DNA of 64,000 bases, from positions 6,907 to 70,906 of the forward strand of contig QHBK01000017.1 in the NCBI GenBank assembly GCA_003244105.1, given 5' to 3'. The notes under the pieces were generated by a model, which saw only the letters and a program-made list of their open reading frames with translations, was not told where the DNA came from and ran no database searches. Of this stretch, positions 1-8,776 are shown piece by piece. Both the position numbers and the translations under genes were made by a program. The stretch comes from Candidatus Eremiobacter antarcticus. Its GTDB lineage: Bacteria > Vulcanimicrobiota > Vulcanimicrobiia > Eremiobacterales > Eremiobacteraceae. Every line of letters begins with the position of its first letter. The stretch's first letter is position 1.

Positions 1-149
1 TCGCGGTCGCGTTGGAAGCACGTGCGCATCGCGTCTTGTGGTTCCGGCGTGCGCCGCCCGCGCGAGTTTTTGGCCAAGGCGGCGAAGGGCGATAAGGTCG
101 CCGCCTCGCGCGCCTCCAGCTCCTCGCGGATGGACGTGGTCATCGCCAT
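1..149 (-). CDS. Dgt-family HD-domain dNTP triphosphohydrolase-like protein; only the N-terminal ~49 aa, gene runs off the left window edge
   Basis: Minus-strand ORF from ATG at 149 with no stop before position 1: MAMTTSIREELEAREAATLSPFAALAKNSRGRRTPEPQDAMRTCFQRDRD. The FQRDRDRI block is the conserved N-terminal signature of dGTPase-like (Dgt) proteins. Confidence 0.45.
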   Translation of the reverse strand, partial: MAMTTSIREELEAREAATLSPFAALAKNSRGRRTPEPQDAMRTCFQRDR

Positions 150-203
150 GATAACGCTATCACGCCGGCGTCGCAGGCGGGTGGCCCGCAAGCCAAGGGG
201 GCG

Positions 204-3200
204 TCAGTCTTGATCGACTTTTCCGGCGGCGCCTGGTTGTTGTGGTTGTTGTTTCGCGCGGTCCTTGAGCACGGCTTGGGCCGCCGCCAAACGCGCCACC
301 GGCACTCGGAACGGCGAGCACGAGACGTAGTCCAGTTTGATGTCGTGGCAGTACTGCACCGACGTCGGGTCGCCGCCGTGCTCCCCGCAGATGCCGATCT
401 TCATATCCGGCCGCGAGGTGCGCCCGCGCTCCATGGCCATGCGCATCATCTCCCCGACGCCGTCTTGATCGATCACCTGGAAGGGGTCCTCGCGCAAAAT
501 CTTGCGGTCCAAATAGACGGGGATGAACGAGCCCTCGGCGTCGTCACGCGAGTAGCCGAAAACCGTCTGCGTCAGGTCGTTGGTGCCGAACGAGAAGAAC
601 TCAGCATGTTCGGCGATGCGATGGGCGACGAGACAAGCCCGCGGCAGCTCGATCATCGTGCCGACCTGGTACGCGACCTTCAACGCGGCGGCTTTCAGGA
701 TGCGTTCCGCCTCGTTTGTGACGAGATCCCGCAGCGCTTTCATTTCGGTCACCAAACCGACGCCGGGTATCATGATCAGCGGACGCACGTCGATCTTTTC
801 TTTCTTGAGTTCGACGGCCGCTTCCATGATGGCGCGAACCTGCATCTGATAGATCTCGGGATAGACGATGCCAAGGCGGCATACGCGAAGCCCCAACATC
901 GGGTTGCTCTCGTGCAGCACCCGCACGCGGCGCAAGAGCCGTTCTTTCTGCGAAAGCAGGGACGCATCGCCCTTGCTCATGCGCAGCTCGGTCACTTCCA
1001 CCAGCAGATCTTCAAGGCTGGGCAAAAATTCATGCAGCGGCGGGTCGAGCAGGCGAACGGTGACCGGCATGCCCTTCATCGCGCGGAAGATGCCTTGGAA
1101 ATCGTCGCGCTGCATGGGCAGCAGCTGCTCGAGGCACTTGCGCCGGGAATCCGGCGTCTCGGCCAAGATCATCTCTTGCACGACGGGCAGCCGCTCGGTC
1201 TGCATGAACATGTGCTCGGTGCGGCACAAGCCGATGCCCTCGGCTCCGAAGTCGCGCGCCTTGATCGCATCCTCAGGCGTGTCGGCGTTCGCGTAAACGC
1301 CCAACCGCTTGAATTCGTCTGCCCACTTCAGCACGTGGCCGAATTGCGGTGAGAGCCGAGCGGCTTGCATGCGCAGCTCTCCAAGGTACACCAACCCGGT
1401 CGTGCCGTCGACCGTGATCATGTCACCTTCGTTGACCACTTCGCCCTTAACCGTGAATTGGCGCATCCGCAGATCGATGAGGACGGACTCGCAGCCGACC
1501 ACCGCCGGCTTGCCCATGCCGCGGGCAACCACCGCCGCATGCGACGTCGCGCCGCCTTGGGACGTGAGGATGCCCTCGGCGGCGATCATGCCCTGCACGT
1601 CGTCAGGCGTCGTCATGGGCCGCACGAGGATGCAACGCCGGTTCTGCCGCTTCATCTCTACCGCAAGGTCAGGGTCGAAGACGACGATGCCCGAGGCCGC
1701 GCCGGGCGCGGCGTTGAGCCCTTTGGTAAGCGGCGCTTTTTTGTCTTTTTCGTCGATCTGCGCGTGCAGCAACGCTTGCAGCGATCCGGGGTCGATGCGC
1801 ATGATGGCCTCTTCGCGTCCGATCACATGCTCCTTGACCATGTCCGCGGCGATCTGCACCGCAGCGGCGGCGCTGCGCTTGCCCGAGCGGCACTGCAGGA
1901 TGTAGAGGCGGCCCCGCTCCACCGTGAACTCGATGTCTTGCATGTCGCGATAGTGGCGCTCAAGCTTGACCGCCATCTCGACGAACTGCTTGTAGATCTT
2001 GGGCTGGTGTTTTTCGAGCACGGAGATCTTCACCGGCGTGCGGCTGCCCGAGACCACGTCTTCGCCTTGCGCGTTTTGCAGAAACTCTCCGTACAGCGAC
2101 TTCTCTCCGGTGGACGGGTTGCGCGTGAAGGCCACGCCGGTCCCCGAGTCATCGCCCATGTTGCCGAAGACCATGGTCACCACGTTCACAGCCGTGCCCC
2201 ACCAGTCGGGGATCCGTTCGTAGCGGCGGTACTCGATGGCGCGCTTGCTGTTCCAGGAGCCGAAAACGGCTTCGACAGCCATTCGCAGCTGCACGTAGAC
2301 GTCTTCCGGAAAATCTTTTTTCGTGTGATGGCGGACGAGCGCTTTGAACTCGCTCGTCATGTTGCGGAAGGCCAACGCCGTGAGATCAGACTCCGACGCG
2401 ACGCGCGCCTTTGCGACGTAGCGCTTGACGACCTCATCGAATGGATCGCGCTTCATGCCGAGCACGACGGTGGCGAACATCTGGACGAAGCGGCGGTACG
2501 CGTCCCAGGCGAACTTATCGTTCTTGGTCAGAACGATCAGCGCGTTGCACGTCCGGTTGTTCAAGCCCAGGTTGAGGACCGTGTCCATCATGCCGGGCAT
2601 GCTCACGCGCGCTCCCGATCGGACGGAAACCAAGAGCGGATTCGTTTCGCCTCCGAACTCTTTGCCCGTCTTGCGCTCGAGCTCCGCCGTGCGGCGGCGA
2701 AGCTCTTCATCTAACCCGGGCGAGAACTGACGCCCCAGCTCGAGGTAGCGGCGGCAGACTTCGGTCGTCACGGTGAACCCCGGCGGAACGGGCAGACCGA
2801 TGCGCGTCATCTCCGCGAGCCCTGAGCCTTTGCCGCCCAGGAGGTCGCGCATGGTAGCGTCGCCCTCTTCAAAGGTGTATGTCATCTTGCCGAGCGTGGT
2901 CTTGGCCGGCGGCTCCGGGCGGCGTGGAACCGCTTTCTTGGGCTTGGGCAGCGCAGGCATCGGACCCACATCCATATTGGGCATCTGCGGTATGGTCGCC
3001 ATCGGAACGCCGTCCACCGAACCGTTGTCGGCGGGAATTTGCGCAGCGGTGGCTTGTGGTTTGCCGTTCTCCTCGGCGGGTTTGCCCTGCGCGGCCTTGC
3101 CCGCGGGCCTGACTGCGGCTTGGGTCCTAGACGGAGAGTGAGCTCTTGCAGCGCCTGCTGAGGGTTTCTTGGCCGAGCTCGGCCGCGGCTGCGGCTTTCC

Positions 3201-3287
3201 GGAGCGCGACGAGGCGGATTTGCGCGATGCGCTCCTGCCGGCGCTCGCCTTATGTGATGGGCGCGACGTGCGAGATTTCGGCTTCAT
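204..3287 (-). CDS. ppdK: pyruvate, phosphate dikinase (PPDK); 1027-aa ORF including a ~134-aa basic low-complexity N-terminal extension (conventional start would be M135 at 2885)
   Basis: Full-length PPDK similarity from MTYTFEEGDATMRDLLGGKGSGLAEMTRIGLPVPPGFTVTTEVC through GGETNPLLVSVRSGARVSMPGMMDTVLNLGLN, the phospho-His domain GGATSHAAVVARGMGKPAVVG and the C-terminal PEP-utilizing TIM barrel. The upstream 134 codons keep high GC3 and have a GGGAGAG motif before ATG 3287. Confidence 0.93.
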   Translation of the reverse strand: MKPKSRTSRPSHKASAGRSASRKSASSRSGKPQPRPSSAKKPSAGAARAHSPSRTQAAVRPAGKAAQGKPAEENGKPQATAAQIPADNGSVDGVPMATIPQMPNMDVGPMPALPKPKKAVPRRPEPPAKTTLGKMTYTFEEGDATMRDLLGGKGSGLAEMTRIGLPVPPGFTVTTEVCRRYLELGRQFSPGLDEELRRRTAELERKTGKEFGGETNPLLVSVRSGARVSMPGMMDTVLNLGLNNRTCNALIVLTKNDKFAWDAYRRFVQMFATVVLGMKRDPFDEVVKRYVAKARVASESDLTALAFRNMTSEFKALVRHHTKKDFPEDVYVQLRMAVEAVFGSWNSKRAIEYRRYERIPDWWGTAVNVVTMVFGNMGDDSGTGVAFTRNPSTGEKSLYGEFLQNAQGEDVVSGSRTPVKISVLEKHQPKIYKQFVEMAVKLERHYRDMQDIEFTVERGRLYILQCRSGKRSAAAAVQIAADMVKEHVIGREEAIMRIDPGSLQALLHAQIDEKDKKAPLTKGLNAAPGAASGIVVFDPDLAVEMKRQNRRCILVRPMTTPDDVQGMIAAEGILTSQGGATSHAAVVARGMGKPAVVGCESVLIDLRMRQFTVKGEVVNEGDMITVDGTTGLVYLGELRMQAARLSPQFGHVLKWADEFKRLGVYANADTPEDAIKARDFGAEGIGLCRTEHMFMQTERLPVVQEMILAETPDSRRKCLEQLLPMQRDDFQGIFRAMKGMPVTVRLLDPPLHEFLPSLEDLLVEVTELRMSKGDASLLSQKERLLRRVRVLHESNPMLGLRVCRLGIVYPEIYQMQVRAIMEAAVELKKEKIDVRPLIMIPGVGLVTEMKALRDLVTNEAERILKAAALKVAYQVGTMIELPRACLVAHRIAEHAEFFSFGTNDLTQTVFGYSRDDAEGSFIPVYLDRKILREDPFQVIDQDGVGEMMRMAMERGRTSRPDMKIGICGEHGGDPTSVQYCHDIKLDYVSCSPFRVPVARLAAAQAVLKDRAKQQPQQPGAAGKVDQD

Positions 3288-3425
3288 TCTCTCTCCCGTG
3301 AAGGCGCACCGGAGCTAAAACGCCGATCCGGCCGTCCCAGAAGACGCTGGACAGGAGCTCCGAACGCAAAGAGTGCGGACTATATATTTGGATGCGGGAC
3401 AGGGCCGGCCCTCTACAACCGGACG

Positions 3426-4769
3426 TCAGCGGGCGACTGAGTCGAGGACGGCGGTATCGTCAGGCTCGATCGCGTGTTTGAGGTAGCTAGCCAAGCGGTC
3501 GACGGAAATGCGCTTCTGCTCTTTGGAGTCCCGCTCGCGCACGGTCACATCCTGGCGATCCAAACTCTCGTAGTCGACGGTCACGCACAGCGGCGTGCCG
3601 ATCTCGTCCTGGCGGTAGTAGCGCTTGCCGACGTTCCCGGAGTCATCGAACACCGTGCGCAAGGAGGGACGCAGCGAGCGTTCGATCCTCACCGCCATCT
3701 CCACGATGTCAGGCTTGTTGCGCACCAGCGGAAACACGGCCGTCTTATAGGGAGCGAGGCGCGGGTGCAGGTGAAGAACCGTCCGATCCGCTTCTTTCTC
3801 GTAGGCGTCCAGCAAGAACACCAGGCACGCCCGATCGACACCCAGCGACGGCTCGATGACCGCCGGCAAAAACTTCTCCTTCGACTCCTCGTCGAAAAAC
3901 GACAGGTCCTTGCCACTGGCATCGACGTGCCGTTGCAGATCGAACGATGCGCGGTGGGCGATGCCTTCGAGTTCGCCCCAACCGAACGGGAAATCATATT
4001 CCAGGTCGGTCGTCGCGCGGCTGTAGTGAGCCAAGTCGGCGCCGCTGTACACGTGCCTGCGCAGCCTGCTGGGTTGGATGCCGAGCCCGAGGAACCAGTT
4101 GTGCCGCTGCTCCACCCAGTAGTCGAACCAGCGCATCCCTTCGCTTTCGGGCTGCACGGGAACGAAGAACTCGAGTTCCATCTGCTCGAACTCGCGCGAC
4201 CGGAAAATGAAATTGCCCGGCGTGATCTCGTTGCGGAAAGCCTTGCCGATCTGCGCCACTCCGAAGGGCGGCTTCTTGCGGCCTGTCTGATAGATCGACT
4301 TGAAGTCCACGAAGATGCCCTGAGCCGTTTCGGGCCGCAGGTATGCCACGGATGAGGCGTCTTCCATCGCGCCGATGTAGGTCTTGAACATCATGTGAAA
4401 AGCTCGCGGCTGCGTCAGCGTCGCGTTGCCGCAGGACGGGCAGCGCTCGCCGCTCAGCTCGTCGGCGCGGAAGCGCTTCTTGCAGGTGCGGCAGTCCACC
4501 ATGAGGTCATGGAAGTGCTCCAAGTGACCGGAAGCGCGCCACACGTCAGGAGACATCAGGATGGAGGTGTCCACCCCAACCACGTCATCGCGCAGCTCCA
4601 CCATGTGCCTCCACCAGGCGGCGCGCACGTTGCGTTTGAGCTCCACGCCCACGGGCCCGTAATCCCACGCGCCGTTGACGCCGCCGTAGATCTCGCTCGA
4701 GGGAAAGATAAAACCGCGGCGCTTTGCAAGCGCCACGACTTCATCCATGCTCGGCTTCGGGCGGACCAT
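3426..4769 (-). CDS. glyQS: glycine--tRNA ligase, class II dimeric type
   Basis: MDEVVALAKRRGFIFPSSEIYGGVNGAWDYGPVGVELKRNV... and the C-terminal anticodon-binding domain are typical of alpha2 GlyRS. The track ORF (615 aa) extends upstream over the neighbouring gene. The real start is taken as ATG 4769 (MVRPKPSMDEV), which overlaps the stop of the upstream permease (ATGTGA); ATG 4745 is an alternative. Confidence 0.9.
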   Translation of the reverse strand: MVRPKPSMDEVVALAKRRGFIFPSSEIYGGVNGAWDYGPVGVELKRNVRAAWWRHMVELRDDVVGVDTSILMSPDVWRASGHLEHFHDLMVDCRTCKKRFRADELSGERCPSCGNATLTQPRAFHMMFKTYIGAMEDASSVAYLRPETAQGIFVDFKSIYQTGRKKPPFGVAQIGKAFRNEITPGNFIFRSREFEQMELEFFVPVQPESEGMRWFDYWVEQRHNWFLGLGIQPSRLRRHVYSGADLAHYSRATTDLEYDFPFGWGELEGIAHRASFDLQRHVDASGKDLSFFDEESKEKFLPAVIEPSLGVDRACLVFLLDAYEKEADRTVLHLHPRLAPYKTAVFPLVRNKPDIVEMAVRIERSLRPSLRTVFDDSGNVGKRYYRQDEIGTPLCVTVDYESLDRQDVTVRERDSKEQKRISVDRLASYLKHAIEPDDTAVLDSVAR

Positions 4770-4774
4770 CCGGC

Positions 4775-6067
4775 TCACATATGCGCGCGCAACGCGCGGA
4801 GGATCTCTTTGGGCGCAAGCTGTTTTCCGTACATCAGCACACCGACCCGGTAGAGCTTGGCGGCGAGCAGCGTGAACAGCCATATCGCCACGAGCGAAGC
4901 GCCGATGGACACCCCCACTTGCCAGAGCGGCACATTGGAAGTGGCGACGCGAGCGAACATGACCATCGGGCTCAGCATGGGGATGAGCGAGCTCCAGACC
5001 ACGATGGGTTTGTCCGGATCCATGAGCACGAGCATGGAGAGCATGTACGCGGCCACGATGGGCAGTGTAAATGCGCCGCTGCTCTGCTGCAGGTCCTCGG
5101 CTTTGGTCGCTAAAGCGCCCACGCCCGCGAACATGGTCGCGTACGTGAAGAAGCCCAGCAGAAAAAAGACGAGCAGATACAGCCACGTCAGGAACGGCAC
5201 CGTGAGGATGCTCAGGCTTTGCTGGCTTGCAGCGGCTGTCGTGTGGACGCTGTTCACCAGCCGGTCGCCCCACTGGGCAGCCGCTGCCACATGGACGAGC
5301 GCGGCCGCCAAGCCGATGATCAGGAGCTGCACGATGGCGAGCGTGCCGATGCCGAAGATCTTGCCCGCCAGCAATTGCGAAGGCCGCACCGCGCCGATCA
5401 TCAGCTCCATGACGCGGTTGGATTTTTCTTCGATGACGCCCTGAGCGACGTAGATGCCGTATAAGATGACGGAGATGTACATCAGGAGCAGGAGGAAGTA
5501 GACGAGCACCTGCGAGTTGGTCTGCTCCGCTTCCGTGCGGTACCGGTCGTTGAGGTTGACGGTGGAGAACGGGAAGTCGATCTCGCTTTGCGGATGCATG
5601 CCCTGGGAGTGCGCGGCGTCGGTCACGATGACGGCGCGCAGGAGGCGCTGCTTGAGGTTGTCGCCTTCGTCCAAAGCGCTCGATTGACGAGGATAATAGG
5701 TGAACGCGAGATCGCGCTGCGGGTTCAAGTACGCGACGAGCGCGGCATCGTACGTGCGCGCGCGCAGCGCCGACTCCACGCCGGGAGGCAAGTGCGAGCC
5801 ATGAGAGCGCTGCGGCAGGACGGTCAGATGATAGCGGTCGCTTTGGCCCTTTAGACTCAAAGAGTCGGCGACGGTCTTTGCGATGCGCGCGTCGGGCGCG
5901 ACGATCGCCAAGCGCGTGGAAAACGTGCTGCTCAGCAGGCCGAAGATGATCGACATGAACGAGAGCCCCACGATGAGCAAGACGCCCAGCGCGGTGCCGA
6001 TGATGAAGCTCTTCTGCTTGATGCGCTCGACGAACTCGCGTGCCGAGATGATGAGAACCGTCTTCAT
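4775..6067 (-). CDS. ABC-2 family transporter permease (NatB-like)
   Basis: Multi-TM protein MKTVLIISAREFVERIKQKSFIIGTALGVLLIVGL... with a large extracytoplasmic loop and C-terminal TM bundle. Start chosen at M106 of the track ORF (ATG 6067) so it overlaps the ATPase stop by 4 nt; the upstream 105 codons are an extension in the ATPase coding region. Confidence 0.8.
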   Translation of the reverse strand: MKTVLIISAREFVERIKQKSFIIGTALGVLLIVGLSFMSIIFGLLSSTFSTRLAIVAPDARIAKTVADSLSLKGQSDRYHLTVLPQRSHGSHLPPGVESALRARTYDAALVAYLNPQRDLAFTYYPRQSSALDEGDNLKQRLLRAVIVTDAAHSQGMHPQSEIDFPFSTVNLNDRYRTEAEQTNSQVLVYFLLLLMYISVILYGIYVAQGVIEEKSNRVMELMIGAVRPSQLLAGKIFGIGTLAIVQLLIIGLAAALVHVAAAAQWGDRLVNSVHTTAAASQQSLSILTVPFLTWLYLLVFFLLGFFTYATMFAGVGALATKAEDLQQSSGAFTLPIVAAYMLSMLVLMDPDKPIVVWSSLIPMLSPMVMFARVATSNVPLWQVGVSIGASLVAIWLFTLLAAKLYRVGVLMYGKQLAPKEILRALRAHM

Positions 6068-6969
6068 CCCATCGGCTCTTCGGGGCGCACGTATTGCAGG
6101 TAGATGTCGTTGAGCGTGGGCTCCACGACCTCGAAGTGATCGACGGGCGCAGCGGCGACAGCCGCCCGAAGGATGTCCGCCGGCGGTATCCCAGGCGGTG
6201 CCTTCAGCTTGAGATATCCGTTGTCGCTCGGGAGCGCTTGCACGCCCGGAAATCTGGACAGGAAAGCCGTGTCGCCGCTGTTGCTCAGACGGATGAAGCG
6301 ATCCGGCCACGCCCGCTTGATCTCGGCGAGGTTGCCGTTGACAACGGCCCTTGAGCGGTCGATGATGCAGATCTCGCGGCACAGCTCCTCCACCTGCTCC
6401 ATGCGGTGGCTCGAGAGCAGGATGATCGTGCCGGCCGTGATGAGCTCGCGGATCATGCGCTTGAAGATCTCGACGTTGATGGGATCCAGCCCGGCGAAGG
6501 GCTCGTCCAAGACGAGCAGCGGCGGGGCGTGGGTGATGGCCGCCATGAACTGCACCTTTTGCTGATTGCCCTTCGAAAGCTCTTGCGGGTTCTTCTTGAG
6601 CGCTTCGCTCAAATGAAACGAGTCTGCGAGCTCAGCGATGCGCTTTTTTGCCGAGCCGGTCTCGACCCCGTGCAGCCTGGCGAAGAAGAGCAGCTGATCG
6701 CCGATGCGCATCTTGGGATAGAGGCCACGCTCTTCCGGAAGGTAGCCGAAAAGATGGCGGCTGCCGGCGTCCACGCGCTTGCCGTTCCAGCGAACCTCGC
6801 CGCCGTCGGGCTCGAGAATGTCCAGCACCATACGGATGGTCGTCGTCTTGCCCGCGCCGTTGGGTCCCAAGAGCCCGAAGACGGCGCCCGGGCGCGCGCT
6901 GAAGCTCAAATCGCTGACAGCCTGGACCGGCCCGAAATTCTTGGAGATGCGATCCGCTTCGAGCATCAC
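6064..6969 (-). CDS. ABC transporter ATP-binding protein (NatA-like)
   Basis: Walker A GPNGAGKTT, signature LSKGNQQKVQF, Walker B LLVLDEP, plus a C-terminal domain typical of ABC-2 exporter ATPases. Confidence 0.9.
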   Translation of the reverse strand: MMLEADRISKNFGPVQAVSDLSFSARPGAVFGLLGPNGAGKTTTIRMVLDILEPDGGEVRWNGKRVDAGSRHLFGYLPEERGLYPKMRIGDQLLFFARLHGVETGSAKKRIAELADSFHLSEALKKNPQELSKGNQQKVQFMAAITHAPPLLVLDEPFAGLDPINVEIFKRMIRELITAGTIILLSSHRMEQVEELCREICIIDRSRAVVNGNLAEIKRAWPDRFIRLSNSGDTAFLSRFPGVQALPSDNGYLKLKAPPGIPPADILRAAVAAAPVDHFEVVEPTLNDIYLQYVRPEEPMG

Positions 6970-8075
6970 AGCGCCGCCGCCGCCTGGTCGATCCGCAGCT
7001 GGCCGCAGGCGGCTGCGATATCCGCGCCCATCGTGTAGCGCACCGTCGTCGGCACGCCGCGTTCGTGCAGAACGTTTTGGAAGCGCCGCATGCGCGTCAT
7101 CTCGCTCTGCCGGTAGCGCGCCGCCGTGGCGTTGTATGGTATGAGATTCACGTGATGCAGCGGCCCTCCCAACAGATCCGCCAAGCGGCGGGCGTCTTCT
7201 GGCCGGTCGTTCACCTCCCCCAGCATCAGATATTCATAAAAGACCTTGCGGCGGGTGGCCGCGACGTAGGCTCGCGCAGCCGCCATGAGCTTGGCGATGG
7301 GCCACTTCTTATTGATGGGCATCAGCTGCGTGCGCAGCTCGTCATCCGGTGCATGCAGCGAGATCGCCAAGTTGACCTGGATTCCCTCGGCCGTGAAGCG
7401 TTCGATGCCGGGCACCACGCCGGCGGTCGAGATCGTCATGCGGCGCGCGCCCAAGTTGAACCCGTGCGGGTCGTTCAGCATCGCCACCGCATCCAAGACC
7501 GCGTCGTAGTTGAGGAACGGCTCGCCCATTCCCATGAATACCAAGTTGCTAAGACTGCGTTTCTCCGCGCGTGCCGCGCGCGCCACGTAGACGGCTTGAT
7601 CGAGGATCTCAAGCGACGTGAGGTTGCGGAAGAAGCCGCCTTGGCCGGTCGCGCAAAAACTGCAGCGCAGCGCGCAGCCGGCCTGCGATGAGATGCAGGC
7701 GGTCGTGCGTCCGCCGCGATGGCGCATGAGGACCGCTTCGACGCGATCGCCGGCAGCGAGCGCGAAAAGAAACTTGCTCGTCTGCGCGTCGCCCGAGTGG
7801 GCGGCGTGCGCAGGATGAACGCTCGACAAGCGCAGGTGCTTTGCAAGCGATTCGCGTTGCGATCGCGGCAACACCGTGAGGTCTTCGAAGCGGTCGTGCA
7901 ACTCTTTGGCGGCGGCGCGGTAGATCTGGGCCAGCCGGTAGGGCGGCAGCTCCAGGTGCGCCCGCAGAGTGTCGACGTCGTCATATCCGCTCTGGCGGGC
8001 GCGGGCGGCCCACCACAGCGCTTGGGCGTCGCGATTGCCCGCAGCCGGAAGCGACGGGACGGCGTGTGCGATCAT
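6966..8075 (-). CDS. rlmN: 23S rRNA (adenine2503-C2)-methyltransferase RlmN, radical SAM
   Basis: CALRCSFCATGQGGFFRNLT radical-SAM motif, then GMGEP, NLISTAGVVP-like and LIPYN blocks characteristic of RlmN/Cfr. Confidence 0.9.
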   Translation of the reverse strand: MIAHAVPSLPAAGNRDAQALWWAARARQSGYDDVDTLRAHLELPPYRLAQIYRAAAKELHDRFEDLTVLPRSQRESLAKHLRLSSVHPAHAAHSGDAQTSKFLFALAAGDRVEAVLMRHRGGRTTACISSQAGCALRCSFCATGQGGFFRNLTSLEILDQAVYVARAARAEKRSLSNLVFMGMGEPFLNYDAVLDAVAMLNDPHGFNLGARRMTISTAGVVPGIERFTAEGIQVNLAISLHAPDDELRTQLMPINKKWPIAKLMAAARAYVAATRRKVFYEYLMLGEVNDRPEDARRLADLLGGPLHHVNLIPYNATAARYRQSEMTRMRRFQNVLHERGVPTTVRYTMGADIAAACGQLRIDQAAAAL

Positions 8076-8776
8076 CGCAAGTCCAACTCCAGCGCCTCGT
8101 AACCGGCTGCTTGCACGCCCAGGGCGTCAGCCTCGGCCGCGCGCGTGCGCGCGATCTCGTCCAGTTTTTGGCGCACCGCGAGCAGATCGGCCCAAACCAG
8201 GCGTTTGACGGCCGTCATGTTGCCGCCCGTCTGCCGCAGAATGTAGGCCGGGTGGAACGTGACCATGAGAGCAGCGCCGTTGGGCCCCGCGTACCAGATG
8301 CCGCGTTGACGCGTGATGCTGAATGCGCGCCCCAAAAACGATTTGCCGGCCGGGCTGCCCAGCGCCAAGATCACCTGCGGCGCGACGATGGCAAGTTCGC
8401 GGTTGAGATATTCGCGGCAGTTCTCCATCTCGAGCGGCGAGGGCGCGCGGTTGTAGCGTTTGCCGTTCTCCTCTTGGATAGCGCGGCTTTTGATGGTGTT
8501 GGTGATGAACACATCATGGCGCGCCAATCCGATGGCGCCCAGCATCTTCGTCAGCAGCTCGCCCGCCCGTCCGACGAAGGGTTCTGCCTGCAAGTCCTCG
8601 CGCTCGCCGGGCCCTTCGCCCACGACCATCAGCGGCGAGCATGGGTCGCCCACTCCGCAGACGGCGTTGGTGCGCGTGTAACCGATGGCGCACCGGCGGC
8701 ACGCTTCCACGTCTGCACGGAGCAGCGCCAGGTCGGCAGCGCGTTTTGTCCGCAGCTCCCCTGAGTCGGACATCAT
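8072..8776 (-). CDS. uracil-DNA glycosylase, family 4
   Basis: ADVEACRRCAIGYTRTNAVCGVGDPCSPLMVVGEGPGEREDLQAEPFVGRAGELLTKML...HDVFITNTIKSR matches the Fe-S UDG family-4 N-terminal cysteine motif and GEGPG active-site loop. Start taken at MMSDSGEL (8776), overlapping the GT2 stop by 4 nt; the track ORF extends further upstream. Confidence 0.8.
   Translation of the reverse strand: MMSDSGELRTKRAADLALLRADVEACRRCAIGYTRTNAVCGVGDPCSPLMVVGEGPGEREDLQAEPFVGRAGELLTKMLGAIGLARHDVFITNTIKSRAIQEENGKRYNRAPSPLEMENCREYLNRELAIVAPQVILALGSPAGKSFLGRAFSITRQRGIWYAGPNGAALMVTFHPAYILRQTGGNMTAVKRLVWADLLAVRQKLDEIARTRAAEADALGVQAAGYEALELDLR

Noticed and set aside
22-213. 63-aa plus-strand ORF at the left edge
   Set aside because: Poly-Arg/Ser translation. 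The opposite strand encodes the Dgt-like N-terminus with a recognisable motif.
1365-2714. 449-aa plus-strand ORF (and several 100-380 aa ORFs at 210-2730) lying inside ppdK
   Set aside because: They are antisense or out of frame to a full-length, well-conserved PPDK, with low-complexity R/A/G/H-rich translations typical of shadow ORFs in GC-rich DNA.
3381-3412. TATATA box and GGGCCGGCCC palindrome between glyQS and ppdK
   Set aside because: Possible ppdK promoter -10 and a hairpin, but there is no loop or U-tract for a terminator and no convincing -35. Too weak to call.
3474-4355. 293-aa plus-strand ORF antisense to glyQS
   Set aside because: Shadow ORF opposite a conserved GlyRS; no recognisable motifs.
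4770-5273. N-terminal 168 codons of the 615-aa track ORF for GlyRS
   Set aside because: The extension runs through the 3' end of the upstream permease gene in another frame and translates to Arg/His-rich nonsense. Conserved GlyRS begins at MDEVVALAK.
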